Source: Candidatus Eremiobacteria bacterium
GTDB taxonomy: Bacteria > Vulcanimicrobiota > Vulcanimicrobiia > Vulcanimicrobiales > Vulcanimicrobiaceae
Assembly (NCBI GenBank): GCA_963737065.1
Contig: CAVTRC010000001.1
Coordinates: 1,152,001 to 1,216,000 of the forward strand
Direction: 5' to 3'
Length of the DNA: 64,000 bases
The translations under genes and the position numbers were made by a program. The notes under the pieces were generated by a model, which was not told the DNA's origin, ran no database searches, and worked only from the letters and a program-made list of their open reading frames with translations. Positions 31,070 to 42,199 of this stretch are shown one piece after another (position 1 is the first letter of the stretch; every line of letters starts with the position of its first letter).

Positions 31070-32095
31070 ATGAAACCTTTGGCCGCATCGGCCGCCATCG
31101 TGCTCGCCGTCGCGATGAACGCGCTGCCGGCACTTGCCGCGCAATTCGTTCAAGACGGCGCGGGAATGTTCTCATCTGCGACGGTGTCGCAACTCGATAC
31201 GCAGATCGGCAACTTCAACGCGCAGACGCAGAAACAAATCGTCGTCGTCACGGTCCCCTCGCTCAACGGTGAAACCGTGCAAAACGCGGCGCAAAGTGTC
31301 TTCAGCGAACAGCAGATCAACGGCGTTTTGATTTTTATCGCGAAGGCCGAACGTAAAGACATCATCGTCCCGGGACGCGCGACGGCGCAGTTCTTCCCTG
31401 CATCGACGACGACGTCCATCCGGCAGCAAATGGAATCGTCGTTCCGTAACGGTGATTTCGACGGCGGAATCACGACGGCGGTCGGTTCGATCCTCGATGT
31501 CTTCCGCTCGCATGTGAACAGCATGCCGGGCAACGCAAACGCATACGGCCGCAACTATCCCGCGCCGTCGTATCAACGACCGGTGGCAACAACGAATGGA
31601 ATACATCTTTCAATGTTTTGGTGGATCGTTCTGATCGTCGTCGGATTCTTGGTGATCCGCTCGATCTTTCGCTCGATGGGCGCAGGGCGCAATTACGGGG
31701 GCCGCGGCGGACCGGCGGGTGGCCCCGGATACGGCCCGGGCCCGGGTTACGGCTATGGTCCCGGCTACTACGGCGGCGGCGGCGGAGGCTTCTGGAGCGG
31801 GCTGCTCGGCGGCCTCGGCGGCGCGTGGCTCGGAAACGAAATGTTCAACCGCGGCGGCGGCGGTTCGGTGGATCCCAACGCTGCCGGCGGCGGCATTGCG
31901 CCGGTCGACCAAGGTGGCGGCTGGGGCGGTAACGCACCGGATGCGGGCGGTTGGGGCAGCGACGCGGGGCAAGCCGATATGGGTTCGTCGAGCGCCGGCG
32001 ATTGGGGCGGCGGCGGGTTCGGCGGCGGTGATGTCGGCGGCGGAGGCGGCGGTTTCGGCGGCGGAGGCGGCGGCGACTCGGGCGGCGGTTGGTAG
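31070..32095 (+). CDS. TPM-domain membrane protein with Gly-rich tail
   Basis: VQDGAGMFS, QIVVVTVPSL, NGVLIFIA, FRNGDFDGGI, a TM helix, and a GGG-rich C-terminus. Confidence 0.88.
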   Translation: MKPLAASAAIVLAVAMNALPALAAQFVQDGAGMFSSATVSQLDTQIGNFNAQTQKQIVVVTVPSLNGETVQNAAQSVFSEQQINGVLIFIAKAERKDIIVPGRATAQFFPASTTTSIRQQMESSFRNGDFDGGITTAVGSILDVFRSHVNSMPGNANAYGRNYPAPSYQRPVATTNGIHLSMFWWIVLIVVGFLVIRSIFRSMGAGRNYGGRGGPAGGPGYGPGPGYGYGPGYYGGGGGGFWSGLLGGLGGAWLGNEMFNRGGGGSVDPNAAGGGIAPVDQGGGWGGNAPDAGGWGSDAGQADMGSSSAGDWGGGGFGGGDVGGGGGGFGGGGGGDSGGGW

Positions 32096-32149
32096 GCTTT
32101 ATCGGTCAAAGCTGAAGCTTTGCCCGCTAAAGCCGCCTAATATGCAAAC

Positions 32150-32183
32150 AAAGGACGTTCGTTTTGTCAGCGAACGTCCTTTT
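32150..32183 (+). terminator. Hairpin, probable intrinsic terminator
   Basis: AAAGGACGTTCG-N9-CGAACGTCCTTT(T), a 12-bp perfect stem ending just before the next ATG. Confidence 0.55.
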
Positions 32184-32186
32184 ACC

Positions 32187-34410
32187 ATGAAGACACCGCT
32201 GTTTCTCGGCGTCGTCGCATTTGCGTGTATCGCAGCGATGGGCGCGGGTCTCGCTCAACAAAACTTTCCGCCGTCGCCTCCGCCGTTGCCGTCACCGTCG
32301 CCGGCGAGCGACACGTACTTCGGAAGCACGGTAAACGATCCGTACCGGTACATGGAAAACATGAGCGATCCGACGGTCGTCAATTTCTTCAAAGAGCAAA
32401 ACGCTTACACGCGTTCCGTGCTCGCCGCGCTCGGGACGCCGCGCGATCAGCTCTTCAATCGCATTGCCGCGCTCGATAAAACGGTACCGACCGTCGCCGC
32501 GCTACAGATTGCGGGACCGTATTACTACTATTTGAAGCAAGAGCCGACGGCGAACACTGCCAAGCTCTACGTGCGCCGTCGCAGCGGCGGAGCGGAACGC
32601 ATTCTTGTCGATCCCGACAAGCTCGCCGCCGCGACCTCCGGCAAACACTATACGATCAATTACTTTACGCCGTCGCTCGACGGCTCGTACGTCGCGTACG
32701 GCATTTCCGAAGGCGGTTCGGAAAACGCCGTGATTCATGTCGTCAGCGCGACCGGGCGCGCATTGCCCGATCAGATCGACCGCGCGCTCTTCGTCGGCGT
32801 GACGAGTTGGCTTCCCGACGGCAGATCGTTTTACTACGTGCGCTTTCCGCAATTGAAACCAGGCGAACCGGACACGATGAAAGAGACGCGCGCGGTCAAT
32901 TATCTGCACGTGCTCGGGCGCGATCCCTCAAAAGACCCGGCCGTGTTCGGATACAACGTAAATCCGTCGTTGCATTTCGATCTGACCGATTTTCCGATCG
33001 TGCAATACTCGGAAGCAACGCATCGAACCTACGGCGTCATCGTGCACGGCGTGAAAAACGAGTTCGATGCTTATCTTGCAACGTCGCGCGTTACGTCGCC
33101 GCAAGCGACGTGGAAGCAGATCGCAACAACCGCGGACGACGTGACGAACATAACGGACGCGGGCAGCACGATTTATTTCCTGACACACAAAGAACGCATC
33201 GACCTTCAAAGTCGTTGCGAGCACGTTTGCGGCGCCCGGTGTCGACTCCGGCCACGTCGTAATTCCGGCGGGCAAAGAAGTCATCGAATCGCTCGGCCCG
33301 GCTGCCGACGGCCTCTACGTGCAGTCGCGCGAAGGCGGGTTCGGACGCGTTCGAAAGTACGTTCTTACTCCTACGGGCATGCCGAGCGGCAAAATCGTGC
33401 CGGCAACATTGCCGTTCGACGGCACCGTGGCGGGAATGCAAACGGATCCGACCGTTCCCGGCGCCGTCTTCTCGCTGACGTCATGGACGCGCTCGTCGCA
33501 AATCTACCGCGTTAATCCAAACGGCACCATTACAAACACGAATCTCAAACCACTCGCTCCGGTCGATATGTCGGGTTACACGTCGAGCGAAGTTCAGGCG
33601 AAAAGCGAAGACGGCACGATGGTTCCGCTTTCGATCGTCTACAAGAAAGACATCGCGCTCGACGGTTCCCATCCGACATACCTCGAGGGTTACGGTTCGT
33701 ACGGGATCGTCATCAATCCGTCGTTCAGCACAACGCGGCTTGCGTGGCTCGAACGTGGTGGCGTCTTCGCCGTTTGTCACGTCCGCGGCGGCGGGTGGTA
33801 CGGCGAAGACTGGCATCGAGCAGGAATGATCTCAACGAAGCATCACACGTGGGAAGACTTCGTCGCGTGCGGGCAATATTTGATCGATCACAAGTACACG
33901 TCGCCTGAACACCTTGCCGGCGAAGGCACGAGCGCCGGCGGCATTACGATCGGCCGTGCAATCACCGCGCGCCCCGATCTCTTCGCTGCCGCCCTCGACG
34001 TCGTCGGCGCAAGCAATGCATTGCGCATGGAGTTCTCACCGAATGGACCTCCGAACGTTCCGGAGTTCGGCACGGTGAAGGACGAAACCGGATTCAAAGC
34101 ATTGCAGGAAATGGACGCCTATCAACACGTCGTCAAAGGTACGAAATATCCAGCGGTAATGCTGATCACGGGATACAACGACCCGCGCGTGTCATCGTGG
34201 GAACTTGCGAAGATGACGGCGGCGCTGCAAGCGGCGACTGCGAGCGGACGCCCGATTCTGCTTCGCGTCGACTACGACGCCGGGCACGGCTTCCTCGCGG
34301 CTTCTCGCACACAAAGCGAACAGCTGCTCACCGATGAATACTCGTTCTTGCTGTGGCAGACGGGTGATCCGGCCTTCGCATCGGTGCCGACCAACGTGTT
34401 CAAATACTAG
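32187..34410 (+). CDS. Secreted prolyl oligopeptidase (S9A), frameshift near 33195
   Basis: DPYRYME, SEDGTMVP, VRGGGWYGEDWH, GTSAGG nucleophile, NDPRV, AGHG. Confidence 0.92.
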
Positions 34411-34416
34411 CGGACG

Positions 34417-34893
34417 TCATCGTCCTGTTCCGAGCGCAAGCGTCGTCGACGTTGCGGCAAAGCGCGCGTTCTTTTTGATTGCATCGAGGAAGTGCGCGAG
34501 CTCTTTCGACGATCGCGCGCGTACTTTCGCGAACAAACACCAGTCGCCGGTGATCGCATAGCATTCTTCGACGACTGCGCCGTCGCACGAGAAGCCGTTC
34601 ACGACTTGCGTGCCTTCATCGCACGTGCCCATCGCGGTGCGCACGTTGACGAACGCAAGAATCGGGTAGCCCAGCGATTCCCAATCGACGACGATGGTGT
34701 AGCCGAGAAGAACGCCCAGCGATTCCAAACGCCGGATTCGCTCCCGCACCGCGGGACGTGAGAGGGCAAGCACGCGGGAGAGGTCTTCTTGGCTCGTCCT
34801 CGCGTTCGCGCGAAGTGCCGCGAGCAGCCCTAGGTCCACATCATCGAGTTTCCGATTCGACGGAACCGCGGGGGCAGTACTGAGCATAACCAA
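34417..34893 (-). CDS. Lrp/AsnC-family regulator
   Basis: LDDVDLGLLAALRANAR..LSRPAVRERIRRLE; ECYAITGD. Confidence 0.92.
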   Translation of the reverse strand: MVMLSTAPAVPSNRKLDDVDLGLLAALRANARTSQEDLSRVLALSRPAVRERIRRLESLGVLLGYTIVVDWESLGYPILAFVNVRTAMGTCDEGTQVVNGFSCDGAVVEECYAITGDWCLFAKVRARSSKELAHFLDAIKKNARFAATSTTLALGTGR

Positions 34894-34980
34894 CCTCTTA
34901 GCTTCCGAAACGGAGGACTTTCGTCGCCTCGTGTACTGTTTCGAAAACTCCGGACGATGTTTGGTTTCAGAAGGTAAATA

Positions 34981-35911
34981 ATGCGCCGGCTATCCGTCTC
35001 GAGCGCGCTGCCCTGGGTGGCGCTCATGACCGTGTGGATTCTCTGGGGTTCTACGTATCTCGGCATCCGCGTCGCGGTTGAAACCATTCCACCGTTTCTC
35101 ATGGCCGGCGTGCGGTACATCATCGCCGGCTTGATTCTTACGGGCGCGATGCTGCTGTGGAAGCGCGACCTGCTCTCCCAGTTGCGAGCGCCGCAGTGGC
35201 GTTCGTTGACGATGACGGCGTTCTTGTTGCTCGGCATCGGTAACGGGTTCTTATGCTATGCCGAAACGACGGTGCAATCGGGCATCGCCGCAATCGTCGT
35301 CGCGACGGTTCCGATTTGGATGGTCATTATCGCCGCCGTCGTTTCGCGCACCGGCATCACCGCCGGTTCCGCGGTGGGATTGGCGCTCGGTACCATCGGT
35401 ATCGGCGCACTGGCCGGCGTTCCGGGCGCCGGCGTCCCGTTCGTTCCAACGATCATGATGCTCGTCGGTTCGTTCTCGTGGGCGCTGGGTTCGGTGTACG
35501 CCAGGCGGGATGCCGAATTGCGGACGAACCCGCTGATTCCCGCGCTCGAAATGTTCATCGGCGGCATTATTCTGACGATCATGGGCTTGGTTTTCGGTGA
35601 ATTCGCACAGCTCGATATTCACGCGATCACCGGCGCCTCCGCCGGCGGCTTCTTGTGGCTCGTCGGTCCCGGCGCGCTCGTGGGATACACGGCGTATAAC
35701 TATGCCGTGCGCAAACTACCGACGCATATCGTTGCGACGTACGGTTACGTGAATCCGATCGTTGCCGTTGCGCTCGGCGGCATGGCTGCTGCACGAACCG
35801 ATTACGCTCAACGTGATCGTCGGCGGTGCCGCAATCGTGCTCGCGGTCGTTGCGATTCTCAAGTCGCCGAAATCGGCCAAACGCGAAGTCAAAGGCCAAC
35901 TCGCCGCATAG
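34981..35911 (+). CDS. EamA/DMT (YedA-like) transporter, frameshift near 35780
   Basis: VWILWGSTYLGIR, TIPPFLMAGVR, TYGYVNPIVAVALG. Confidence 0.9.
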
Positions 35912-35926
35912 CGCGTACCAGATGCT

Positions 35927-38900
35927 ATGCGACGATCGATCGGCGCGTCATTGTGCGCGTTACTTCTTGCACCCTGTGCCTTCTTCGCGGCATCTCCGGT
36001 CATTGCGGGTCCTGCTCGCGTGGAAGCGAGTGCGCTCAATGCACTCTCCTGGCGGCTCATTGGGCCGTTCCGCGGCGGTCGCGCGATTGCGGTAACCGGC
36101 GTCCCAGGCGAACCGGATCACTTTTACTTCGGCAGCGTCGACGGCGGCGTGTGGGAATCGGCGAACGCGGGGCGCACGTGGAGCCCGATTTTCGACGGTC
36201 AGAACATTGCGTCGATCGGCGCGATCGCGGTAGCGCCGAGCAATCCGAAGGTTCTCTACGTCGGCAGCGGTGAAGCCGATATGCGTTCCGATATTGCATA
36301 CGGCAACGGCATGTACAAGTCGGTCGACGGCGGGAAAACGTGGACGCACATCGGCTTGGACGATACGATGCAAATCGGTCGCATCGCCGTCGATCCGCGC
36401 GACGCGAACACCGCGTACGTCGCTGCGCTCGGTCATCAATACGCGCCGAACGCGCAACGCGGCGTTTTCAAAACGACGGACGGCGGCGCGACGTGGTCGA
36501 AGGTGCTGTTTAAAAACGACGATACCGGTGCCATTGATCTCGCGCTCGATCCGTCCCAACCGAACACGATCTACGCTTCGCTGTGGCAGACACGCCGTCC
36601 GCCGTGGAATGTCTATCCGCCGTCGAGCGGGCCGGGAGGCGGCGTGTATAAATCGATCGACGCCGGCAAGACGTGGACGCAGCTGACGAACGGCCTTCCG
36701 AAGCGTGTCGGTCATGTAGGCCTCTCCGTTGCGCCCTCGCAGCCCTCGCGCGTGTACGCGCAAGTCGACACCGGCAGCGACCTCACCGCCGGCGGTCTCT
36801 ATCGTTCCGATGACGCCGGAGCAACGTGGACGCATGTCAACGGCGGAAAGAAACAGCTGCGTCTCTGGCAACGCGGCTGGTACTTCGGCCAAGTCACGGT
36901 CGATCCGAAGAATCCCGACATCGTGTACGTCATGAACACGGCCACGTATCGTTCGGACGACGGCGGCAAAACGTTCGTTGCGATCAAAGGCTCGCCGGGA
37001 GGCGATGACTACCATGCGCTGTGGATCAATCCCGACGACCCGACGCATATGATTCTCGGTACCGATCAAGGCGTCGTCGTGTCGGTTGACCGAGCGCAGA
37101 CGTGGAGTTCATGGTACAACCAGCCGACGGCGCAAATTTATCACGTCGCAACGGATGAACGCTATCCATATTGGGTGTACGGTGCGCAACAAGACTCCGG
37201 TGCGATTGCGGTTCCCTCGCAAACGATCCACGAACACATCACTTCACAGGACTGGCGCCCGATGGATGTCGGCGGTGAAAGCGGCACGGTTGCGGCCGAT
37301 CCGCGCAACGACGGAAAGCTTTTCGGCGGCAATAGTTCCGGCGGCCCGGTAACCTATGAAGATCTCGCAACGGGATGGGAACAAAACATCGATGCGACGA
37401 CCGCGTACCCAGATGCCGTTTGGCGCGCGACGTGGACGTTGCCGGTCGTTGTATCACCCGTCGATCATGCGCTGTACACGACGAAGCAACGGGTGTTTCG
37501 CTCCGTCAATCGCGGCAAGACGTGGTCGATCGTCAGCCCCGATTTGACGCGTCAAGAAGCCGAAAATCATCCGGCAAACCTCGACGCGCCGACCCTTGCC
37601 GATTCCGGCGGTCTGCCGCATCGGGGCGTCGTCTATTCGCTTGCGCCCGCGCCGCGCGACGCCCGTACGGTATGGGCCGGTACGGACGACGGCAAAGTTT
37701 GGGTCACACACGACACGGGCGCGCACTGGACGGACATCACGCCGAAGTCGTTGACGGCCTGGAGCAAGGTCGGCACGATCGATCCTTCGATGCTCGATCC
37801 GCACACCGCGTACATTGCGGTCGACCGTCATCGCGTCAACGACTACCGTCCCTACATCTATCGCACGCACGATGACGGGCGAAGCTGGACGGCGATCGCA
37901 AACGGGATTCCGGACGGAAGCTTCGTAAACGTCGTCCGCGCCGACAAAGACGTGCATGGACTGCTCTACGCGGGAACCGAACGCGGAATCTACGTGTCGT
38001 TCGATGACGGCGCGCACTGGCAATCGTTCCAGCGCAATTTGCCCGTTACGTCGGTCCGCGACATCGACGTGCACGGAAACGATCTCGTCATCGCGACGCA
38101 CGGCCGCGGATTTTATATCATGGACGATATCGCGACGGTGCGTCAGGTCGCGCAGATGCAGCTGAGCGCGAATCATCTCTTCGCGCCGCAGCAAACGATT
38201 CGATTCCGCCGCGCGGGTGGCGTCGGCGGCGGGATCGCCGACGAAGGCACGCCGATCCAACCCGAAGAGCCGCAAGCTCCGAATCCGCCTGTCGGCATGT
38301 ACATCGACTACTACCTAAGCGGCGCGGCGCAAGGCGCGGTTTCGATCGACATCATCGGGCCACGCGGGCGCGTTTTACGTCACTACTCGAGCGCGACGCC
38401 TCAAACGCCGACGGATCCGTCGACGGTCGATATCGCACCGCGGTGGATTCCACCACCCGTGACGGTGCCAACCGATCCGGGTTCGCACCGCTTCGTGTGG
38501 GATTTTACAACACGGCATGATGGTGGACCGCTCGCACCGCCCGCAAACTACACCGTTCGTCTAACCGTCGGCGAGAAGGCGTATACGACAACCGCGCGGC
38601 TCGTTCGCGATCCGCGCAACGACACAACGGATGCGCAGCTGCACGAACAGTATGAGCTCGCGAATCAAATCGAGGACCGCATGAGTCAAGTTGAGGCGGC
38701 ACGTAAGCACGCCGAGGCGCTGCTGAATTCCGGCACGGTTACGGACGCGCAAAAGGCCGCGATTCGGCGGGATGTTCTTGGAGTTGCCGGCGGCGCTGCG
38801 TTCGGATCGTCCGCAGCGCCGGCCGCAACGAGCTTCTCGACGCTGTCGGCTTTGAACGACGCCTATGCGAGTCTCGAGATGGCGGTGGAAAGCGCGGACG

Positions 38901-39019
38901 CCCCGCCGACGCACGATCAAGACGTCGCGATTCGTAAAACTCGGCAAGATGCTCGACGCAGCCATCGCCAAACTCGCCAAAATCGCAGGCCCCAAGTAAC
39001 CGCGCCCGCGTCATCATGA
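35927..39019 (+). CDS. Secreted VPS10/BNR-repeat (sialidase-like) beta-propeller protein
   Basis: WRLIGPFRGGR N-terminus and many S.D.G.TW Asp-boxes; C-terminus probably frameshifted (TAA 38997-38999). Confidence 0.9.
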   Translation: MRRSIGASLCALLLAPCAFFAASPVIAGPARVEASALNALSWRLIGPFRGGRAIAVTGVPGEPDHFYFGSVDGGVWESANAGRTWSPIFDGQNIASIGAIAVAPSNPKVLYVGSGEADMRSDIAYGNGMYKSVDGGKTWTHIGLDDTMQIGRIAVDPRDANTAYVAALGHQYAPNAQRGVFKTTDGGATWSKVLFKNDDTGAIDLALDPSQPNTIYASLWQTRRPPWNVYPPSSGPGGGVYKSIDAGKTWTQLTNGLPKRVGHVGLSVAPSQPSRVYAQVDTGSDLTAGGLYRSDDAGATWTHVNGGKKQLRLWQRGWYFGQVTVDPKNPDIVYVMNTATYRSDDGGKTFVAIKGSPGGDDYHALWINPDDPTHMILGTDQGVVVSVDRAQTWSSWYNQPTAQIYHVATDERYPYWVYGAQQDSGAIAVPSQTIHEHITSQDWRPMDVGGESGTVAADPRNDGKLFGGNSSGGPVTYEDLATGWEQNIDATTAYPDAVWRATWTLPVVVSPVDHALYTTKQRVFRSVNRGKTWSIVSPDLTRQEAENHPANLDAPTLADSGGLPHRGVVYSLAPAPRDARTVWAGTDDGKVWVTHDTGAHWTDITPKSLTAWSKVGTIDPSMLDPHTAYIAVDRHRVNDYRPYIYRTHDDGRSWTAIANGIPDGSFVNVVRADKDVHGLLYAGTERGIYVSFDDGAHWQSFQRNLPVTSVRDIDVHGNDLVIATHGRGFYIMDDIATVRQVAQMQLSANHLFAPQQTIRFRRAGGVGGGIADEGTPIQPEEPQAPNPPVGMYIDYYLSGAAQGAVSIDIIGPRGRVLRHYSSATPQTPTDPSTVDIAPRWIPPPVTVPTDPGSHRFVWDFTTRHDGGPLAPPANYTVRLTVGEKAYTTTARLVRDPRNDTTDAQLHEQYELANQIEDRMSQVEAARKHAEALLNSGTVTDAQKAAIRRDVLGVAGGAAFGSSAAPAATSFSTLSALNDAYASLEMAVESADAPPTHDQDVAIRKTRQDARRSHRQTRQNRRPQVTAPASS

Positions 39020-39085
39020 ACGCACAAACAGTCGGCGGTCCTTCGACAGGCTCAGGATGACAGAAGCATTGCTCAGGATGACAGG
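39010..39085. repeat. REP-like palindromic repeat remnant between convergent genes
   Basis: GCTCAGGATGACAG twice (39050, 39071), within CCTTCGACAGGCTCAGGATGACA, with a degenerate inverted partner GTCATCATGAAC at 39010. Confidence 0.7.
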
Positions 39086-39089
39086 GGCG

Positions 39090-40610
39090 TTAGCGGTTTG
39101 ATAACACGCGATCGTACCAGCGGGCGAGGTCGCCTTTGAATTGCACGAGCGCTTGCGGATTCAGATACACCATGTGGCCGGATTGGTAGAACCCGTAGGT
39201 GATGTGGCTCTGCAGCGCAGGCGCGAGGCCGAGGTGGTTGAGCGTATACTCCGTCGCGAAGAACGGCGTCGCGAAGTCGAAGTACCCATTACCGGAAAAA
39301 ACGTAGAGATGCGAATTCGTCGTCATCGCGCGCGCCAAATCGGGCGTGACGTTCGCCGGCGGATCCTCGTTGCCGCGTTTGAAGTCCCACTTCGCCCCGA
39401 GCTGGCCGCCATACGCCGTCGGGCGATACTGCAAGTTCGTGTGGTACTTGAGCGCTTGCGTCATGTAGTTCATGCCGAGCCCGACGAACGCACCGCTGAT
39501 ACCGACATCCGATGGATCCCACTCGGGAAAGTCCGAATTTGCATCGAGCGTGTACGTGGTGTACCGCGAATCGTAGCGTCCGATGATTTCGTCCTGATTG
39601 CGCAGCAGCGCACCTAAGAAGCGGAAGTAGGGAATGCGCAGGTTCGAATTGCGGATGTATTCGTCGGAAAGCCCCAGGTACGAATGCAGACGCGCGACGT
39701 CGTTGTTGTACTGCGCGGGACTGAGGTCGGCGCCTTGCGCGAGATCGTGCAAATACTCGCCGCCGGCGAAGGTTTCAACGCCGCGCAGGAACGATTGCAG
39801 GCTCTGACCCTGGCCCGCCTTGCGATGGAACCACGCCGCCGCTGCTTCAGTCGGCAGATACGTGACGTACGCCCAATCACCGCCGCCGATCGGATTGCCG
39901 CCCCCAAGTCCGCCGAGCCCGAAGTTGAGAATCGATGACAATAGGACGACGCCGTTCATTTGCACCCCGGCGTTCTGCAGCATGTTGACGAGCACGCAAT
40001 CGCGCGTGGTGCCGTAGCTTTCGCCGAAGAGAAACTTTGGCGAATTCCAGCGGCCGAATTGCGTGATGTAACGCTCGATGAACTGCGTAAACGCACGTCC
40101 GTCCTGATCGACGCCCATGAAGTCCTTGGGTGTCCCGGCGCCCATGACGCGGCTCCATCCGGTGTTCGGGGCATCGATGAAGACTTCGTCCGTCTTGTCG
40201 ATCAGGCTGTAGTTGTTTTGGATCAGCTTGAATGGCGCATTGGGAATGCCTTTGTCGTTGGACGTTTGCACGCGCAGCGGTGCAAACGATCCCATGCGCA
40301 ACCAGATCGTCGAGCTTCCGGGGCCGCCGTTATAGAAAAACGTGACCGGACGCGTGCGCCGATCAGCGCCGTCTTTCGTAAACGCGGTGTAGAACATCCG
40401 CGCGGTGATTTGTTCCTTATCGTTACGCAACGTGATCATGCCGGCGCGGGCCGTGTACGGAATGCTTACGCCACCGACGTGCGCGACGGCGTGCGTGACC
40501 GAATCCGGTGGTGCCGGCGTGACCGGTTGCGGTTTATCGGCGGGCGCGGCCGCGATAAGCAGCGCGGCCGAGAGCGAGGCAGCGAGTATGCGAAGACCCT
40601 TCATCTGCAT
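39090..40610 (-). CDS. Secreted serine carboxypeptidase (S10)
   Basis: FYNGGPGSS, FGESYGTTR, YFDFATPF, SGHMVY. Confidence 0.93.
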   Translation of the reverse strand: MQMKGLRILAASLSAALLIAAAPADKPQPVTPAPPDSVTHAVAHVGGVSIPYTARAGMITLRNDKEQITARMFYTAFTKDGADRRTRPVTFFYNGGPGSSTIWLRMGSFAPLRVQTSNDKGIPNAPFKLIQNNYSLIDKTDEVFIDAPNTGWSRVMGAGTPKDFMGVDQDGRAFTQFIERYITQFGRWNSPKFLFGESYGTTRDCVLVNMLQNAGVQMNGVVLLSSILNFGLGGLGGGNPIGGGDWAYVTYLPTEAAAAWFHRKAGQGQSLQSFLRGVETFAGGEYLHDLAQGADLSPAQYNNDVARLHSYLGLSDEYIRNSNLRIPYFRFLGALLRNQDEIIGRYDSRYTTYTLDANSDFPEWDPSDVGISGAFVGLGMNYMTQALKYHTNLQYRPTAYGGQLGAKWDFKRGNEDPPANVTPDLARAMTTNSHLYVFSGNGYFDFATPFFATEYTLNHLGLAPALQSHITYGFYQSGHMVYLNPQALVQFKGDLARWYDRVLSNR

Positions 40611-40615
40611 GCCTC

Positions 40616-42166
40616 CTATCGTCCCAGCGCGCCGTCATAGAAGCGCGCGAGATCCCTCTTGTACTGCGCTAAGGCCGTATCGCTCAAATAAATCATGTGT
40701 CCCGCATCGTAGAAGCCATAGGTGATGTTCGTCTGCAGCCCCGGATTCAAGTTGAGATGGCGCAGCGTGTATTCGGTTGCGAAGAAAGGCGTTGCAAAAT
40801 CATAGTAGCCGTTTGCGGAGAACACGTGGAGACGCGGATTTTGCGTCATCGCGTCCGCCAAGTCGGGTGCAACGTTCGTCGGATACCGGCCGTCATGCGA
40901 GAAATCCCACGAGCTGCCGTTGGAGTAGATGATCTCGTAAATGTTCGGACGGTACGGGATCGGCGGATTGTATTTGAGATCGTTGCGAAGATACGCGTTG
41001 ATCGCGGTCGTGTAGGGAGCGTCGATCGACGAGTCGGTCGGATCCCAATCGGGACCGGAGTACGCGGCGCGGTCGAGATCGTAGGTCTGATAGCGGCTAT
41101 CGAGGCGACCGACAATGATACCTTGGTCGCGAAGGAGTTCGCGCTGGAACTTATCGTACGAAACCCGCAGATCCGCGTTGCGGATATATTGTTGCGGCAG
41201 GCCCAAGAAATTGCTCAGCTTGCGGACGACGTCGTCGCGTTCGCCATTCGTAATTTTATCGCCCCGATACAATGCGTGGAGATACTCGCCAAGCGCAAAG
41301 TCACGCGATTGTTGGACGAACGTCGCGACGTCGGCCGGACGGTTCGGGACCTTGTTGTGATACCACGCGGTCGCCGCTTCGGTCGGCAGATAGAGCACGT
41401 ACGGCCAGTCGCCGCCGCCGATCGGATCGCCGTTCCCGTAATCCAGTCCGAAGTTGAGAATCGACGATTGCAGCACAACGCCGTTGAGCGCAATCCCGTG
41501 ATTGAGGAGCCAATCCGCGAGTCCGGCCGAACGCGTCGTGCCGTAGCTTTCACCAAAAATGAATTTCGGTGAATTCCACCGGTTGAATTCGCTCAGATAA
41601 TTGCTGATGAATTGTCCGAAGCCGTCGATGTCTTGGTCGACACCGAAATACTCCTTTTCCTTACCGGACGCGATGCGGCCGAATCCCGAATCCGGCATGT
41701 CGATAAAAACGAGATCGCTCTTATCGAGCAGCGTGTACGGATTGCTGGAGAGCGTGTAGGGCGGCGGTCCCGACGCGGCCGCATTGGCGGCATGAACGCG
41801 AACCGGTCCGATCGATCCCATCCGCAGCCACATCGTCGAACTTCCCGGTCCGCCGTTGTAGATGAACGTCACCGGTTGTGTGAGCGGGTTGGCTGCGTCG
41901 ACGGTGTAGGCGGTGTAGAAAACGCGCGCCGTTATTTGGTTGTTGGTATCATGTAGAGGAATCGTACCGGCACGCGCAGTGTACGCGATGGTCTTTCCGT
42001 CGACGACCACGGTATGCGGAGTGGTGACGTCGGGATACGCCGGAAGTTCTGACGATTGAGCGGCGGGGGCCGGTGTTGCCGCAGCGGCCGGTGGATCGGC
42101 AGCACGCGCAGCGACAGACACGCCTGCAAACGCCGCGATCAACAGCAAGGAAATCGCACGATTCAT
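40616..42166 (-). CDS. Secreted serine carboxypeptidase (S10), tandem paralogue
   Basis: IYNGGPGSS, FGESYGTTR, YYDFATPF, AGHMIY. Confidence 0.93.
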   Translation of the reverse strand: MNRAISLLLIAAFAGVSVAARAADPPAAAATPAPAAQSSELPAYPDVTTPHTVVVDGKTIAYTARAGTIPLHDTNNQITARVFYTAYTVDAANPLTQPVTFIYNGGPGSSTMWLRMGSIGPVRVHAANAAASGPPPYTLSSNPYTLLDKSDLVFIDMPDSGFGRIASGKEKEYFGVDQDIDGFGQFISNYLSEFNRWNSPKFIFGESYGTTRSAGLADWLLNHGIALNGVVLQSSILNFGLDYGNGDPIGGGDWPYVLYLPTEAATAWYHNKVPNRPADVATFVQQSRDFALGEYLHALYRGDKITNGERDDVVRKLSNFLGLPQQYIRNADLRVSYDKFQRELLRDQGIIVGRLDSRYQTYDLDRAAYSGPDWDPTDSSIDAPYTTAINAYLRNDLKYNPPIPYRPNIYEIIYSNGSSWDFSHDGRYPTNVAPDLADAMTQNPRLHVFSANGYYDFATPFFATEYTLRHLNLNPGLQTNITYGFYDAGHMIYLSDTALAQYKRDLARFYDGALGR

Positions 42167-42199
42167 ACCGTCTAATCGTGCGACGCGGCGTTGCTTCCT

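Noticed and set aside
31690..32095. GGC-rich repeats as DNA repeat array
   Set aside because: Explained by the Gly-rich tail of the TPM protein.
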